Assembly: GCF_018977255.1 (NCBI RefSeq)
Contig: NW_024704742.1
Location: 55,306,001 to 55,370,000 of the forward strand
Direction of reading: 5' to 3'
From: Callorhinchus milii
Taxonomy: Eukaryota
Length of the DNA stretch: 64,000 nt
The notes beneath the pieces are model-generated. The model saw only the letters and a list, made by a program, of their open reading frames with translations. It made no database searches and was not told the origin of the DNA. A program made the translations under genes and the position numbers. Every line of letters starts with the position of its first letter. The stretch's first letter is position 1. Positions 1 through 13,094 of this stretch are shown here, one piece after another.

Positions 1-55
1 CTCTTGGAATTTGCATTTCTATCAAGGGTTTCAGGCATTTCAATAACAATTTGTT
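1..55 (-). CDS. GTF2E1-like, probable start of last coding exon (continues beyond window)
   Basis: Minus-strand pyrimidine tract plus TAG acceptor at 57-56; phase 1 matches the preceding exon; open frame (E)QIVIEMPETLDRNANSK. Little recognisable homology in this short stretch. Confidence 0.5.
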
Positions 56-631
56 CTAGAGTATGAAATCAAGAAACAAAATAGAATCAAAACACATTTC
101 ATTTCTTAACTTGCCAGTTGCTTTGAATGTTGACATTATGTAGGAGGATCAAAGTTTTCAGCCTTGTGTAAAAAATAGTTAAGATGTCTCAACATTTATT
201 GTTATAGTCATTCAGAAACATAATTTCCAATGTCAATATCTGAAGTGCCTTACATTACAAGTAGCACCTTACTACGACTATTACAACAAAGGAGACAAGG
301 GACTATTATATATAAATATGCACAGTAACACATTGGTATAGCAATTTTTGTAGGCCATTTGCACACAAACTCCTTTAAAAAACAATAACCAATTTAATTT
401 TGTTGGCCAGGAAATTGTGAGAAAGCCCTTTTTTAAAAAAATAAATGTGTCAATTGAACAACTCATCCAAAAGACATAGCTCAAATAATGCAGTGTCCTC
501 CATTTATTGTAACAAAGTAAGATTTAGCCTGAATATGGATCATTGCTCAAAAAATACATTTCAAATGAAATCACAATAATCTTTAAATTTGATATAGATT
601 TCTCAGACGACATGTCAGATATTGTACTCAC

Positions 632-852
632 CAGGCCAACTGCTCATTGCGCCCAAATTGTGTTCTTCAACAATATTTTCAGTCATCCATTTGAGCTGTT
701 CTTTAATAGGGTTTTTAATTTTTTTAGTTTCAGGGTCTTGGACATTGATGTCAACATTTTCCACATACATATCACCATAAATGGAGGCTTTGCTTGACCA
801 TTTTTCCACAGAGCCATTGAAATTTACAAAAGAGTATGACTTCTGATTCTGG
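632..852 (-). CDS. GTF2E1-like coding exon 3
   Basis: AG acceptor at 854-853, GTGAGT donor at 631; in frame; EKWSSKASIYGDMYVENVDINV...KEQLKWMTENIV resembles [22 protein letters not shown]...KERPIWLRESTV of human TFIIE-alpha (from memory). Confidence 0.85.
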
Positions 853-1276
853 CTGAAGGAAATGTGACCAACAATTTTTCATACATTAGTATTTTTCAGT
901 TATTCCTTACATAGATGTTTAAGGACAATTAGTCATATTTAATGAATAGAATAAAAACATTGTTTTTTCAGGGTCAACTAGTCTATGCCATATACCTTCA
1001 TTAACAAATAGTAAGCCGAGTTATGCCATACTGGTCATGTTAAGTGATCTTCGTAGATTCTGTATATTAGCATCACTGAATTCATGTGGGCAGGGATATT
1101 ACTGTGATATCAATCTGAAAGCACATGTTATCAGTTATCTTCCATGCTCCTGTGCTGAACTAAATTACTCATCTACTATTGGAATACAGAGAGAATGCAT
1201 TGTAGGAAAACATAGTAAAAAGACCAGGAAATATTTAGCTTAGGGTGTAGCTTTGGAATGCTCCAATATAAAATAC

Positions 1277-1469
1277 CTTAACTCTGGAATCTCCATTGGC
1301 TGTGGTTCCAGAAGCACATATGGAATTGTAATATTTTCCGTTTCATGCAGGAGTGCATAGATGGGTTCAATCTGTTCATTGAAAATTGCCAGAAGGGTTT
1401 GAGCATCTCGTTCAGTTAACACTGAGGATTCTTCCACTTCAGTCTGGCAGTAAGTGCAATTTAAGTTGC
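1277..1469 (-). CDS. GTF2E1-like coding exon 2
   Basis: CAG acceptor, GT donor; [13 protein letters not shown]...[24 protein letters not shown] carries the second CxxC of the TFIIE-alpha zinc ribbon. Confidence 0.92.
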
Positions 1470-1666
1470 CTGTAGACATTACAGAGACAGAAATGGACAA
1501 GGAGAAAATTTGTAGAACAAATCGTTAATTGCTACTTTACATAATGAGTACAGTTCAACAATTAAAACACATTTGTATAGCACCTTTCATGTCAGGATAA
1601 TGTCCCAAGATACTGGGTCAATAGATAAATGCATTTTTAATGGTCCAGTCCCAAAGTTCAACATAC

Positions 1667-2114
1667 CTGTGTAAGGATCAAACAAATGATTAACTTCCAA
1701 ATCGGAGAAGATGCTGCTACATGATGGACAATTGAAAGACAATCTAGTGGATGAATTCCTCTCATCAGCTTCAATCTTTCTGCGTATATGGTCTAGTTTG
1801 TACTTCACAACATCCACCAGCAGTTTGTAGTTGATATAGTAGTAATTGTGCCTGAAGCTTTTCCCATCAGCGCTCCTCTCAACTTGTGTGCGACTTTTGA
1901 TGAGCTTGTCGGATTTCAGCGTGTTCAGGATGGTTCGAAGCTGCTTCTTCTCAAACTTCAGGAGCAGCTGCAGATCCTCCTCCTTCACACAGGGGTAGCG
2001 AATGAGCAAGTCCAGGGTGAGAGAATACTCCACTCTGTAGAAGCCACGCACCACATATTTCGCCAAACGTTTCAATGCCACAGGAACCTCCGTAATTACT
2101 TCCTGGTCTCCCAT
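1667..2114 (-). CDS. GTF2E1: General transcription factor IIE subunit 1 (TFIIE-alpha)-like, coding exon 1 (448 nt)
   Basis: ATG at 2114; [26 protein letters not shown]...[18 protein letters not shown]...FNCPSCSS (winged helix plus first CxxC); acceptor at 2127-2126 implies an upstream non-coding exon; GTATGT donor at 1666. Probably a paralog rather than the ortholog. Confidence 0.93.
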
Positions 2115-3240
2115 GACACCTTTCACTAACCAACAACAAAATAGTTTTGCTGTTCAGTTAACTTTAGAAACTATTCAGTTTTGCACCACAAAATATACAG
2201 TCAATCCACTTTACAATATATCCTGTGAAGTGCTTTGAGACATCTCAATGTGATTAGGCATTATATCAAATGAAATTATTATTATTATAACTTGCGAAGG
2301 GTCCATTTTGGGAGGGAGGAAGATTGATGCAACCATCTCTTTACTGGTTACATCACTTTGCTGTCCTAAAAAAAAGGTACAAATGCAGCTTAAATTGTTC
2401 TTCAGGAATTATTAGATTTATCAATAATATTTATTATTATTTCTGGAGATCCTACTGACAGACAAGGTGACATAATGGAAGCAATGATTTAAGACCTCAG
2501 AATCGAACACTCATTCCAGACTTCAAAATAGCAGGAACCTTTCCCCATACGCCTATAATTTACTACTTTTGAGATATCCATCTAAGTCCCTTAGGAAAGT
2601 TGATATGGATTCAGCCTCAACCACCACTGCCACAAGGCATTCCATATCCCAAGCACTGGGTATGTTAAAACACTTCACCTATCCTCCCCACAGGCCAGTA
2701 GAGAAGTTCATAATGGTTAGTTGGATTGGAGCACTAAAGCAGCAAAATGGCAAACAACCCTCCAGTTAATTGGTTATTCACGTCAGTGAGCAGCAAAAAA
2801 AACAGCAGATATATTTTACCATGGTGATCAGATAATTGCATATTTGGAAAGGGTCACTACCAGAGGTGGATCAGAAGAAAAAATAAATATGTTGGTCAGG
2901 ACATCAGGTGCAACTCCCTTCATGGGATATCCAACATTCACCTGAACAAGCAGATGGGACCTTAGCTTTTTAAACATCTAACACCATGTAGCACTCTCCC
3001 AACACTGCTCTGGAGTGAAAAAATAAAATGCTTGAAAGTTTCCAACTAAAATTCAGATAAGAGATCAGAGTCAAATAAGCAATCAAGTTTAATCCAGTTT
3101 TCAATGTGCAGATAGGATTTGCAAAAAGTACTAAAATATATATATTTTTAAAAGTCTTACATAAATGAAAATTCAAATGAAGCCAGTTACTTTAGTAAAG
3201 GAAGTGAATATGACAGCAAGAGAGAGAGTACAAATCTTGT

Positions 3241-3610
3241 GGAGTCCTGTAGCTTCATGATTACAGCATTCGTCTCATAAGTGAAAGGACCCGGGTTTGA
3301 TTCCCAGCAGGGTAAAATGTTGGGCAAGTTTCCTTATTGCACACACTTCTGTTTACCTAGCAGTTATTAAGAACCCGTTTGTCAGTCGATTGGCTGATCG
3401 CTTTTCTGGGGGTAATAAAAATTAAATAAAATAATAATTTGGTCACTCAATCTGCAACTGTTTGTGGGATACTGCTGTTCACAATTGGCTGCTGTGTTTG
3501 ACCCATAAAATATTCAGTCAAATATATTTACTGTGCATTCTGTGAAGCACTTTGGGATGCTTCAAAGATGGGATAAGGCACTATATCAAATGCAAGGATA
3601 ATTATTATTA
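3241..3610 (+). mobile_element. tRNA-derived SINE, long variant, full length
   Basis: GGAGTCCTGTAGCT.. head with A/B-box-like motifs, internal GTTTACCTAGCAG segment, L2-like tail and (ATT)n end; many copies in the window. Confidence 0.85.
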
Positions 3611-5073
3611 CCTAAAAAATACATCAACATTGACTCAAGTCCTTCCTCTACCCTACACCGCACCACACTCCTCCACCTCACCGGTTTAAAATCAAGTCCA
3701 GAAAGATTCTAAATAGATATTACTTTAAAATTTTCAAATGAATTAATTAAATGTTAGAGTATTCATACAATTAAATCTGTCAGGAAATTCCTAAGTCTCC
3801 TCATTAAAAGGAGTTAATCCACAGCAATAGTGAATTTTGTTAGGGCATCTCCTCCATGCAGTCTTCAGGCTGGCTAATTCTAAACTTGTATTCATACTCT
3901 AGTTCTGTACTCACTAAACCAACTCAAGTCTTGCACCACAAAGATAAACAACATAAACTGCATGACAAATCCAAGTTCTTTTCCACTGCAATGTAAAGGA
4001 ATGGAAAAATTACATAAAAGCAAACAGCAGGTTAGTATTAAACCCACATTGAGGAGAGGAATGCAGTAAAATCAATACCTCAGAAGTAAATATACCAACG
4101 AGCTAAGGCAGGCAAGAGGGAGAGGACTAAATAGGAGACAAGAGTCTCAGGTGAAAGGAATAAGGAGGACATTGGTTTGATTCAATTAAATTAATTGTTG
4201 AGTAGTTGGCAAGATAATTTGCATAGCCTATGATCTTTGTTGATAGGTTATTTTATTCCTGATTTAATTGCTTCCTCCTGATGTGAAATTAAATTAATGT
4301 TTATCAGTTTGAGGAATTTGAATAGCACTTTAAGAGCTTTATTGGTATCAATGGACTGGCACCAGTGCAATGTTGTTCAATTTTTAAGTTGCCTCTCGTT
4401 TTCCAGTGGGGTTTCTTGCCTTCACATGTTTAATGGTTTTGTTAAACTTAGCCTGTGGGCCCTTGTGACCTGCACTAAGTCATGTCAGCTGGTTTTGCTG
4501 GTCACATTACTGCAAATGGAAATATGGTTCCTGGTACAAGAGAAGTTCAAAGGATAGCGATGAATGAAAGATGGCAATGTCAGGGTGTTTAACTAGGCAT
4601 CTAGCTGTGCCACAGCTATTTTGGGAGTGCTTCAGGCTGACATTGGTTGCCAGTGTAAAGTATTACATTCCCAGCTCTGATATTGCTCACGTTGCCAAAC
4701 ACAAACATCCAATTCTACTCCAGCTATTTAAAGTTATACATCATGATGTTAATTTGGATATTTTCAATGTTGCAATTCCAACTTCTCTTTTTAACAACTA
4801 TTCGTAACTTGTGTTCCAGTCTCACGACACTGTTGTGTACATACAACTTCGTAACAGGGTTGAAAATGGGGTATTTTTAACAGGTTAAAAATTAATTCTA
4901 ACAATCACTGGATGTGCATTATGGTGACTTGAGAGAACTCTGCTCTAATATGGCCAGAAAATCAGGTCAAAGTGGAGCTCCTGTTCGTCACTGTTGAGCT
5001 CCTATAGGTCAACTGCATTGATGTAGTATATTGGGTTATTTTAGGTGGTGAACTACAAAAGCATCCATCATGT

Positions 5074-5257
5074 CAGTGTGGTGATGGAGGTTAGTGTGGA
5101 GCTGGTGTAGACAGTCTGGAGGAGCTGGAGGCCAGTGTGGAGCTGGTGTAGACAGTGTGGAGGAGCTGGAGGCCAGTGTGGAGCTGGTGTAGACAGTGTG
5201 GAGGAGCTGGAGGCCAGTGTGGAGCTGGTGTAGACAGTGTGGAGGAGCTGGAGGTCA
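5074..5257. repeat. 41-bp minisatellite, about 4 copies
   Basis: Unit AGTGTGGAGCTGGTGTAGACAGTGTGGAGGAGCTGGAGGCC, recurring at 5093 and 5134 onward. Confidence 0.95.
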
Positions 5258-5399
5258 GCCCGATGCACATCTGGCTATTGGCAGGTTTCAATATTTAAAA
5301 TTCCTATTCGGATCCTAGTGTGAATTTTGCATTTTCAACCTCTGCATCTGCATCATTAAAATAAAATTTAAAATAATAATAATTTAATTAATCAATCCA

Positions 5400-5538
5400 C
5401 GACTGCTGTGCGCAATTTACCTGCCGAGATTCGCCCACAAAATACAGTCAATTCACTTTATGGTGTATTCTGCGAAGTGCTTTGAGACGTCTCAAAGACG
5501 TGATAAGGTGCTATATCAGGTGCAAGGATTATTATTAC
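5400..5538 (+). mobile_element. SINE 3' fragment
   Basis: Matches the shared SINE tail ..GAAGTGCTTTGAGACGTC..GCAAGGATTATTATT. Confidence 0.8.
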
Positions 5539-6414
5539 TAGTAACATTACCAATGTTTCAGACAATTGGAAAGTGATAGATTGAGACCATTTATAGGATA
5601 CGATGGATGCTTTTGTAGTTCGCCGTCGAAAAGAACCCAATATACTGTATGTGCGTCTACATCAAATGTAGCAATAGAGAAGAATTAAAAAAGATACAAT
5701 ATCAAAATATACTGAATGGGTGGTAGAGAATTACAGTATGCAATTATTTTTTGATATATTTAAATCTGGCAAGTCAATATAAAGTAAAAACGTGGTTATC
5801 CCAAATGTAACTCTGTACTTGTTACGGTGATGTGCAGCTGGACAGCTTATTATTGAATCCAAGAAACAAACAGAGATGGACGGTTGAAACTTGACTGCAG
5901 ATATAAGTTCGTTTTTCGCTATGTATTGTAGGGAATGAATCAAATTGCTCTTTGAAAGATAGGGTTTAAAATGGGGATTACGTTATATATAAAGGGTGGA
6001 TTGTTCTCCCTTAGGTCTAATGGTCCATCTGTCAAATGCAGGCCAAGGTAATGAAAACACCGAGAGAAAACACATATCTCAAAGGTTTGTCTTTGCAGTG
6101 GTCACGTGATAACCCCACTGTGGGTGTGAGACTACTTCCCATTGTCACCTTCCATATTCCCCCCACCTCAAACCCTGCAAGGCTGACATCTGATCCCAGG
6201 AATGAGTGATAACTAACCGTACTCACATAAAGGTTTTAGTCTGTTTGCCTATAGTATCCGTCAGGTGAAAAATACTATACACGATGGTATAATTATTGCC
6301 AGCACATTGATAAAAAGTGTGATGCAAACCAATCTCTAATGAGCAGATTTGGGGCTCTCTGAGCAAACATGTCTGACTTCAGTGCATTGCGATAAATTGC
6401 CCACCTGAATCCTC

Positions 6415-6895
6415 AGCCTGTGTCCTCTCCTGCACCAGGCTCTGCCAGCTCATCACTCACATGCTCACTCTGCTCCACCGGCTCCCCATTTCCCAACAGG
6501 TCAAATATAAGATCTTTGCCCTCACATTACTATCTGTGTGGGCTTGCCCCAGCCTACCACTGTGTCCTGCTATAACTCCACTGATCTGGCTACTTTTCTC
6601 TCAGTGAACGCCAGCCTGCTTCATGTCCCTCACCCAATCTGCCCCATCATTGGTGGGCAACCTTTTTAACCATTCCATCCCCTCTATGGAACTGCGTCTA
6701 GAATCCCTCTTCCTCATCTCCTGCCATTCCACTTGAAAGCCCCCCTTAAAACCTACCTTTTCAACTGTGCTTTTGATCATCTTTCCTTTCCCCCCCACCC
6801 CAATCCACCTCAGCTTTCCCCCACCCACATCAGGCTCCTAGTTAGCTCCTTGAGATGCTTTAAGATGTCCTCATGTGAAATTTATACATAATGGA
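6415..6895 (+). mobile_element. Old L2 LINE 3' fragment
   Basis: Diverged match to the other L2 3' ends in the window. Confidence 0.65.
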
Positions 6896-7779
6896 ATTTT
6901 ATTTACAAAGATAGAAAACAATATGCGAGTAATACATAATTTATTAAAGGTCTCCAGTTGATATGAAGTTACTATTTACTATAATAAACTTGAAGGTACA
7001 TTTCAAGAAGTTGTTTTTAAGCCCAAACAAGTTAATTCTGAATTTAGCATGGATCTTTGGTGAAACCATTCAGTGTTTGGATCTTACCTTCCAAAAGACA
7101 TGGATTTGGTAGCAGAGGAGAAACCAGTATGACTCATAGAACTCGAACTGAAAAAAAAACTCAAGTCTCTAAAACCATGAGGATTAGATATTACATTAAT
7201 AATCCTTGCAATTGTGAATGAGGACTATTTTACACTTTTACAAAGCACAGAATTATGTGCTACGTAAAAGTGAGCATTTTGTTACTTGTACAATGAAGAG
7301 ATTTACACTCAAGTGTTTGTGTCCTGCGTACCATCTAACAGGGGTCATTCCAATGCAGTACTGCACTAAGACTCAAGTCGTACATTGCCTGGCCACAACC
7401 ATAACCAGGTCTTCTCTGCCTCCCTGACCCCAGCAGTGCTTGATGGCAACAAATAAAAAAAATTGTGATTTCCAGAATCCTATGAACCCACAGCTCATTT
7501 GCTGTGTTATTAACATTCTCCCATTATATGAGTTAACTACTCAACACTTTTTGGCCAAAAATATTGCTTTTTTGGAAAGGAAGCTTTGTTCTGATAAGAC
7601 TAACAAAGTGTAGGAACGTTGGAAAACAACAAACTGTGTTTATATAACACCTTCACATTGGGAGGAAATTGGAAAGAACAGGAAAAGAGTAGGCTATTTA
7701 GCTCATTGAACTTAGTCCACAAGTTTACTCATTTTAATCCCCTTTCACGTCAGGAGAACATCAAACTTTTTAAAGATCA

Positions 7780-8230
7780 TAGACTTTGAACTAACAGTCT
7801 AGGCTGATAATCTACTGGAGTGCTGGGGCAGCATTCCAATGTACTGGAGTGCTGTCCTTCAGATGAAACGTGAAACGTTAAACTGAAATCCTGTCTGTCC
7901 GTTCAAGTGGATGTTAAAAATCCTACGGAACTCTTCAAAAATATATTAGTAGCAATTCACTTCATGGCTGTTTGTGGGACACTGCTGTGTGCAAATCGGC
8001 TGCTGCATTTGCAAAATATACATACCTACAAAATAGTCCCTATTATTGTGCGCAACTGGCTGCCACGTTTCGCCTACAAAATATTTTCCATTATATTCTG
8101 TGAAGCGCTTTGGGACGTCTCGAAGATACGATAAGGCGCTATATCAAATGCAAAGATTATTATCATCACATGAAGCGCTCTGAAACGTCCTCCTGGTGTG
8201 AAAGGCGATCTATCAAATACGATATTACTA
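7780..8230 (+). mobile_element. Deu-domain-like SINE with duplicated 3' tail pieces
   Basis: CTTCAGATGAAACG..TTAAACTGA..CTGTCTG..GTGGATGTTAAAAATCC core followed by the shared SINE tail. Confidence 0.6.
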
Positions 8231-8529
8231 CCCAAGTGCCCGTCTTTTGATCATCCTCATTGACCTGTGAAGCCTTTTGAGCCAAAGCAATCCATGTCTT
8301 TACAACTGTGTGTGATGAAATTGTTCAGATTGATCTGATTACTCTTATTGCCGACTGGATTTGAGGTGTAATGTAACTGAAAGACAGTGAAGTCACAGAC
8401 AGCAAATTGACAGTGCCCTCTTGTGTTAAGGAGCATGCGATGCAATAACAGACCATGGGGCATTGGAATAGTGTTTTACTGCAAACGATTGACCAGGTTT
8501 CAGTGCCAGAAAAAGCAGGAGGCATTACC

Positions 8530-8730
8530 TGGTTCTTGATGCCCTGAAACTCTGGAACTCTCCCTCAATCCCTTTGCCTTGTCCCTTCTATCCCCTTTTT
8601 CAAGTCCCGCCAGAAAAACCTTCCTCTCTGACCGTGCTTATGGCCCTTCCCCCCACCCTCACCCTGGAGTTCAGCTCCGCTAATGTTAAGCACTCTGAGA
8701 CTCGACCCTGGGTGGAGGGTGCTATTTAAG
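8530..8730 (+). mobile_element. L2 3' end fragment
   Basis: CTCTGGAACTCTCCCTCAATCC..TTAAGCACTCTGAGAC; similar to 56690-57050. Confidence 0.7.
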
Positions 8731-9022
8731 TAATAATAATACTCTCGCATTTGATATAGCGCTTTCCACGTCTTCTAGACGCCTCAAAGTGCTTCACAGC
8801 ATATTCTTTAACCAAATTGACTGTATATTTGTGGGCAAACGCGGCAGCCAATTGCGCACAGCAGTGTCCCACAAACAGTCGTGGATTGAAAATGGCCAAG
8901 TAATTATTGTTTTGTTTTTGGAGGGATTATTATTAGGCGTGTGGAGTAAGGAAACTTGCCCAAGGTTTCGCCCTCTGCCTGGAATTGAACCCAAGTGTCT
9001 CGCTTACAAGGCTACAGGACTC
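8731..9022 (-). mobile_element. tRNA-derived SINE, short variant
   Basis: Reverse complement of 18324-18635 with a small deletion in the head. Confidence 0.85.
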
Positions 9023-9087
9023 CACAAGTCCAAGTTGTTGTTGCTTTCCTGTGAAGCAGCAGATTGTAAATGGTTATAAATTCCAAA

Positions 9088-9093
9088 TTTATT
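9088..9093 (-). promoter_or_regulatory. Candidate ASAH1 polyadenylation signal (AATAAA)
   Basis: TTTATT on plus about 1.17 kb beyond the ASAH1 stop; alternatives near 9212 and 9571. Confidence 0.35.
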
Positions 9094-10255
9094 GCAATAT
9101 TTTACATTTACAACTTCTCTAAAGTGAAACCTTTTACATGGTAATATAACAGTAAACGTATTACATTCCACAGGTTGGGTGCAAGATAAACTTTAAAATG
9201 AAATTGAACAATTTATTCCCAGACTTCAAATTAAACAAGTTAACACCAAATAAAACAAATGCAGTATTCTTTTAAAGAGAAGCCAAAAATGCCCCAAAGC
9301 GTCACATTGTTGCTCTAAATTAGTAACGTCAAATCAAATAAAACAGAAATACGCCATCAGATTTTGAACATGCTACCACAAAAATGAACCAAATGATATA
9401 CTGTATGTGGTTTCAGGATTGGTTTAATGTCTGATTTGACCAACAGGAGCAATATTATACATACAGCAGAACACTGTGTTAGAACAACCACCCCATGAAT
9501 CAATGTGCAAATTAATATATTAGATTTAAATGTGCTTTTACGCTGGGCTACTTTATCTCCCCTTTGCAATTTTATTGTCCAATGACGAAGAGAACATTAA
9601 ATTCAAAAGTTAATAAAAGTTATTAACACCTCAATATAAATACAAACAAATTACTTCCACTGGTGAGATTAAATGGCGACACCATCCTTAAGTGCATTGT
9701 ACCAGATTAAAAGATAAAATATCAGTTAAAGATTTTGAAAAGTTTAGATACTGAACCAATGAAATTCACACGTTTGAATGTCAGAACATTAAAAGTGTAA
9801 GAGATTCTGATCAGACATACAAAGCAGCTCCATTATGTGTTTCATTATAGCACAAATTAGCTTTATATTACGGTTACACCGTTCAATACTCAACTGGAAG
9901 TGATGTTGATAGTTATCCAATTATCCAGACATCAGCCATTTCAGCTTCATCTGTTTAAAAAAAGTTTAACTTCTGGATATCAGGTTACCCCCATCATTTT
10001 CTGCTTTGTGCACGCAAACAAGACCTCAAATACCGCATTATAACAGGCTTCCAGTGCGTCTTATTACATCAGTGCCTTGGGACGTCCTTCCAATGTAAAA
10101 AGCGCTATATAAATGTAATTTTGTATTGTATTGCATTCTGTATTTCAAGGCCATTAGGAATGTGACATGGTATTCCAGTAATATGAGTTTGCAGCTCAAC
10201 TGGCTATTATTTGGAGACAGGCCAGTGAAATTCCTTGCTACATTAGGTGTCAGTT

Positions 10256-10345
10256 CTACCACGGTATGCAGGGGTCTGGACAGTCACGTAGATAGGCTTC
10301 AAATGTGCCTGACGACACTTCCATCAGCGTAGTATACGTGGTCAA
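10256..10345 (-). CDS. ASAH1: Acid ceramidase exon 14 (90 nt incl. stop)
   Basis: [32 protein letters not shown] acceptor; typical ASAH1 C-terminus. Confidence 0.96.
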   Translation of the reverse strand: MTTYTTLMEVSSGTFEAYLRDCPDPCIPW

Positions 10346-11322
10346 CTGCGAAATGCAAAACAGGATCTTAATCACCATCTAAAACTCACTACTAAATTAA
10401 CTAAATCACATCCTTTTTTCATAATTGTACAAATGTTTACCTGGCCTCCAGTGATTGAGAAGCACCTGAAGAGAAATATCAGGGTCTCTCCCTCGCCTCC
10501 TCACTACTGGGAGGACTACTTTGGAAAATCCCAGTCGATGGGGTATTAAGATTAGATCCAAACCTTTCTTCCTGGTTATGGAAATTTGATTCATTACATA
10601 GTTTGCGTTTTTTAAAAAAATGAGGGGAATTGGCTGAAGGAAGGGATAGGGGAAATGATATTACACCTCCGTGGGACTTCTGTCAGGGGAAGTTCAAGCA
10701 TGAAATTATGGGTACAGTTATGTATCAGTGATGGATTATGTTTTGGATGAGAAACAGATAAATTAACAAGAAAAACACTGATGGTGGAAATTTGAGATTG
10801 TGTATTGTATTGAGATTGTGTCATGTAAGTGTGAGGGGAGTTGCCAAGGTTACAGATGGCCTCCAAATGGAAACATAGGAATCGCTCTCATCCCTGAGCT
10901 GCTGGTTATCAGACCCTCATCTGAATCAACTGAGGTTGTAAATAGGCAATTGGGTATCGTGCTCTCATGTCTTTCTTGCAATTTAACTTAATAGTTCTTT
11001 TACATGTGCTTTCCAAAATAAAATCACTTGGAAGATAAATTAGCCGGATTTGTCAAGCGCTTTGAGACGTTCTCCCAAGGTGAACGTAACGAGTGATTTC
11101 AATGGTCAAGACATTACAAACTAGGCATTTTTAAAGTGAGCTGAAGGAAGGGAGTCAGGAATACACCATCGCACTGCTGCTTTCATGAAGCCGAGAATGA
11201 TAGTGCAAACTGCCTTGTGTACTAGCAAGTAATTGATCATTGATTACCAAGCGCTGCAATTATTTTTTCAGGGGAGGAGAGAAGAGAGAAGCTTTAAAAC
11301 GTTGGCAGTCATTCTAACTCAC

Positions 11323-11379
11323 CTTGTTCAGAACAGGCTTTGTTGACAAAACATCATAAATGGCTGGTAAGGAAATTTT
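11323..11379 (-). CDS. ASAH1: Acid ceramidase exon 13 (57 nt)
   Basis: KISLPAIYDVLSTKPVLNK; AG acceptor, GTGAGT donor. Confidence 0.96.
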
Positions 11380-11424
11380 CTGGAAAAACAAATACACATA
11401 AAGCAACATGCAAAAACATCTCCA

Positions 11425-11578
11425 CATTAGATTTGAGCTCATAATCTATCCAGACATTCCAATGCAGTGATAGGGGAAGTCACTGCCTTGTTGGAGGGTC
11501 CGTCCTTTGGATGAGACATTACACTGAGGTCCCATCTGCCTGCTCAGGTGGACGTTAAAGATCCCATGGAACTACTCG
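11425..11578 (+). mobile_element. Deu-domain-like SINE, 5' part (interrupted by CR1; resumes about 13003-13050)
   Basis: CCTTTGGATGAGACATTACACTGAGGTCCCATCTGCCTGCTCAGGTGGACGTTAAAGATCCCATGG core. Confidence 0.7.
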
Positions 11579-13002
11579 TACAAAAAGGGACAGAAGGACA
11601 AACCTGGGAACTACAGGCCAGTCAGCCTAACATCAGTAGTGGGGAAACTCCTGGAGACTATAATCCGGGACAGAATAAATCTTCACTTAGAAGAATATGG
11701 GTTAATCAGGGACATCCAGCACAGATTTGTTAACGGCAAATCTTGTCTAACAAATCTAATAGAATTTTTCGATGAGGTAACGGAGATGGTGGATAAAGGT
11801 AGTGCAGTTGATGTAGTTTATATGGACTTTCAAAGGCATTTGACATAGTGCCACATGAAAGACTTGTAAGAAAGATAGAAGTCCAAGGTATAAAACGGAG
11901 AGTGGCAGCATGGATCCAGAACTGGCTGGGAGACAGAAAGCAGAGAGTTGTGGTGAACGGCTGCTTTTCTGACTGGAGGGAAGTGTACAGTGACGTCCCC
12001 CAGGGATCGGTATTAGGACCACTGCTCTTCTTAATATACATAAATGATCTGGACTTGGGTATAGCAAGTACCCTTTCCAAGTTTGCGGACGACACAAAGT
12101 TAGGTAGGGTAGTAAACAGTGAGAAGGATAGTAACCAACTGCAGGAAGACATAGGCAGAATGGTAAAATGGGCAGACACGTGGCAGATGAATTTCAATGT
12201 AGAGAAATGCGAAGTAATGCATTTTGGTAGAAAGAATGAGGGGAGGCAATATAGGCTGGTAATACAATCTTAAGGGGGGTGAAAGAACAGAGAGACCTGG
12301 GGGTGCAGGTAAATGAATCCTTGAAGGTGGCAGGATAGGTGTAAAGCTGTAAAGAGGGCAAATGGGATTCTAGGCTTTATAAATAGGGGCATAGAGTACA
12401 AGAGTCAGGAGGTTATGATTAACATATATAAAACACTGGTTAGGCCTTAGTTAGAATACTGCGCCCAGTTCTGGGCACCACACTATAGGAAGGATCTTAG
12501 AGCATTGGAAAGGGTGCAGAGGAGATTTACAAGGATGGTACCAGGAATGAGGGATCTTCATTATGAGAAAAGGTTGGAGAGACTAGGATTATTCTTATTG
12601 GAGCAGAGAAGGTTACGAGGAGACCTAATAGAGGTCTTCAAAATCATGAGGGGATTTGATAGGTTAGAAAGGGAAAAAATGTTTCCATTGATGGGTGTGT
12701 CGGTGACTCGAGATCACAGATTTAAAATCGTCTCTAAAAGAAGCAGAGGGGAGGTGAGAAGAAATTTTTTCACGCAGCGAGTTGTTCAAATCTGGAACGC
12801 ATTGCCTGAAAGGCTGGTCGAGGCCGATTCGATAACTACTTTTAAAAACGCGGTGGATGGGTATTTGAGGAGGACGGGTTTGCAGGGTTATGGGGAAAGG
12901 GCTGGGGAGTGGGATTGACATTAATTGCTCTATTCAAAGAGCTGGCACTAACTCGATGGGCCGAATGGCCTCTTTTTGTGCTGTACGATTCTACGATTCT
13001 AT
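11579..13002 (+). mobile_element. CR1-clade LINE, 5'-truncated, disrupted reverse transcriptase
   Basis: NYRPVSLTSVVGKLLE, KSCLTNLIEFF, VDVVYMDF, VPQGSVLGPLLFLIYINDL, KFADDTKLG, ERVQRRFTRM, RRLRGDLIEVFK; frameshifts and stops; (GATTCTAC)-type 3' tail. Confidence 0.95.
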
Positions 13003-13094
13003 TTGAATAGAGAAGGGAGTGTCTGCCAGTATCTGGGCCAACAATTCTCTTTTACTTTTAGTATTTATCCAAATTGCTCTTAATGCCTAAATAC

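Noticed and set aside
5074..5257. Chi-like GCTGGAGG/GCTGGTG and switch-like GAGCT motifs
   Set aside because: Short array; such matches are common in G-rich vertebrate minisatellites.
6095..6230. Promoter or non-coding first exon of the GTF2E1-like gene (GTCACGTGAT at 6101, GTGAGT donor at 6226)
   Set aside because: Isolated short motifs; cannot be tied to the gene without transcript data.
10600..10870. Possible decayed Penelope-like RT (ISTISVFLVNLSVS..PSFSQF)
   Set aside because: Resemblance too weak to call without a profile search.
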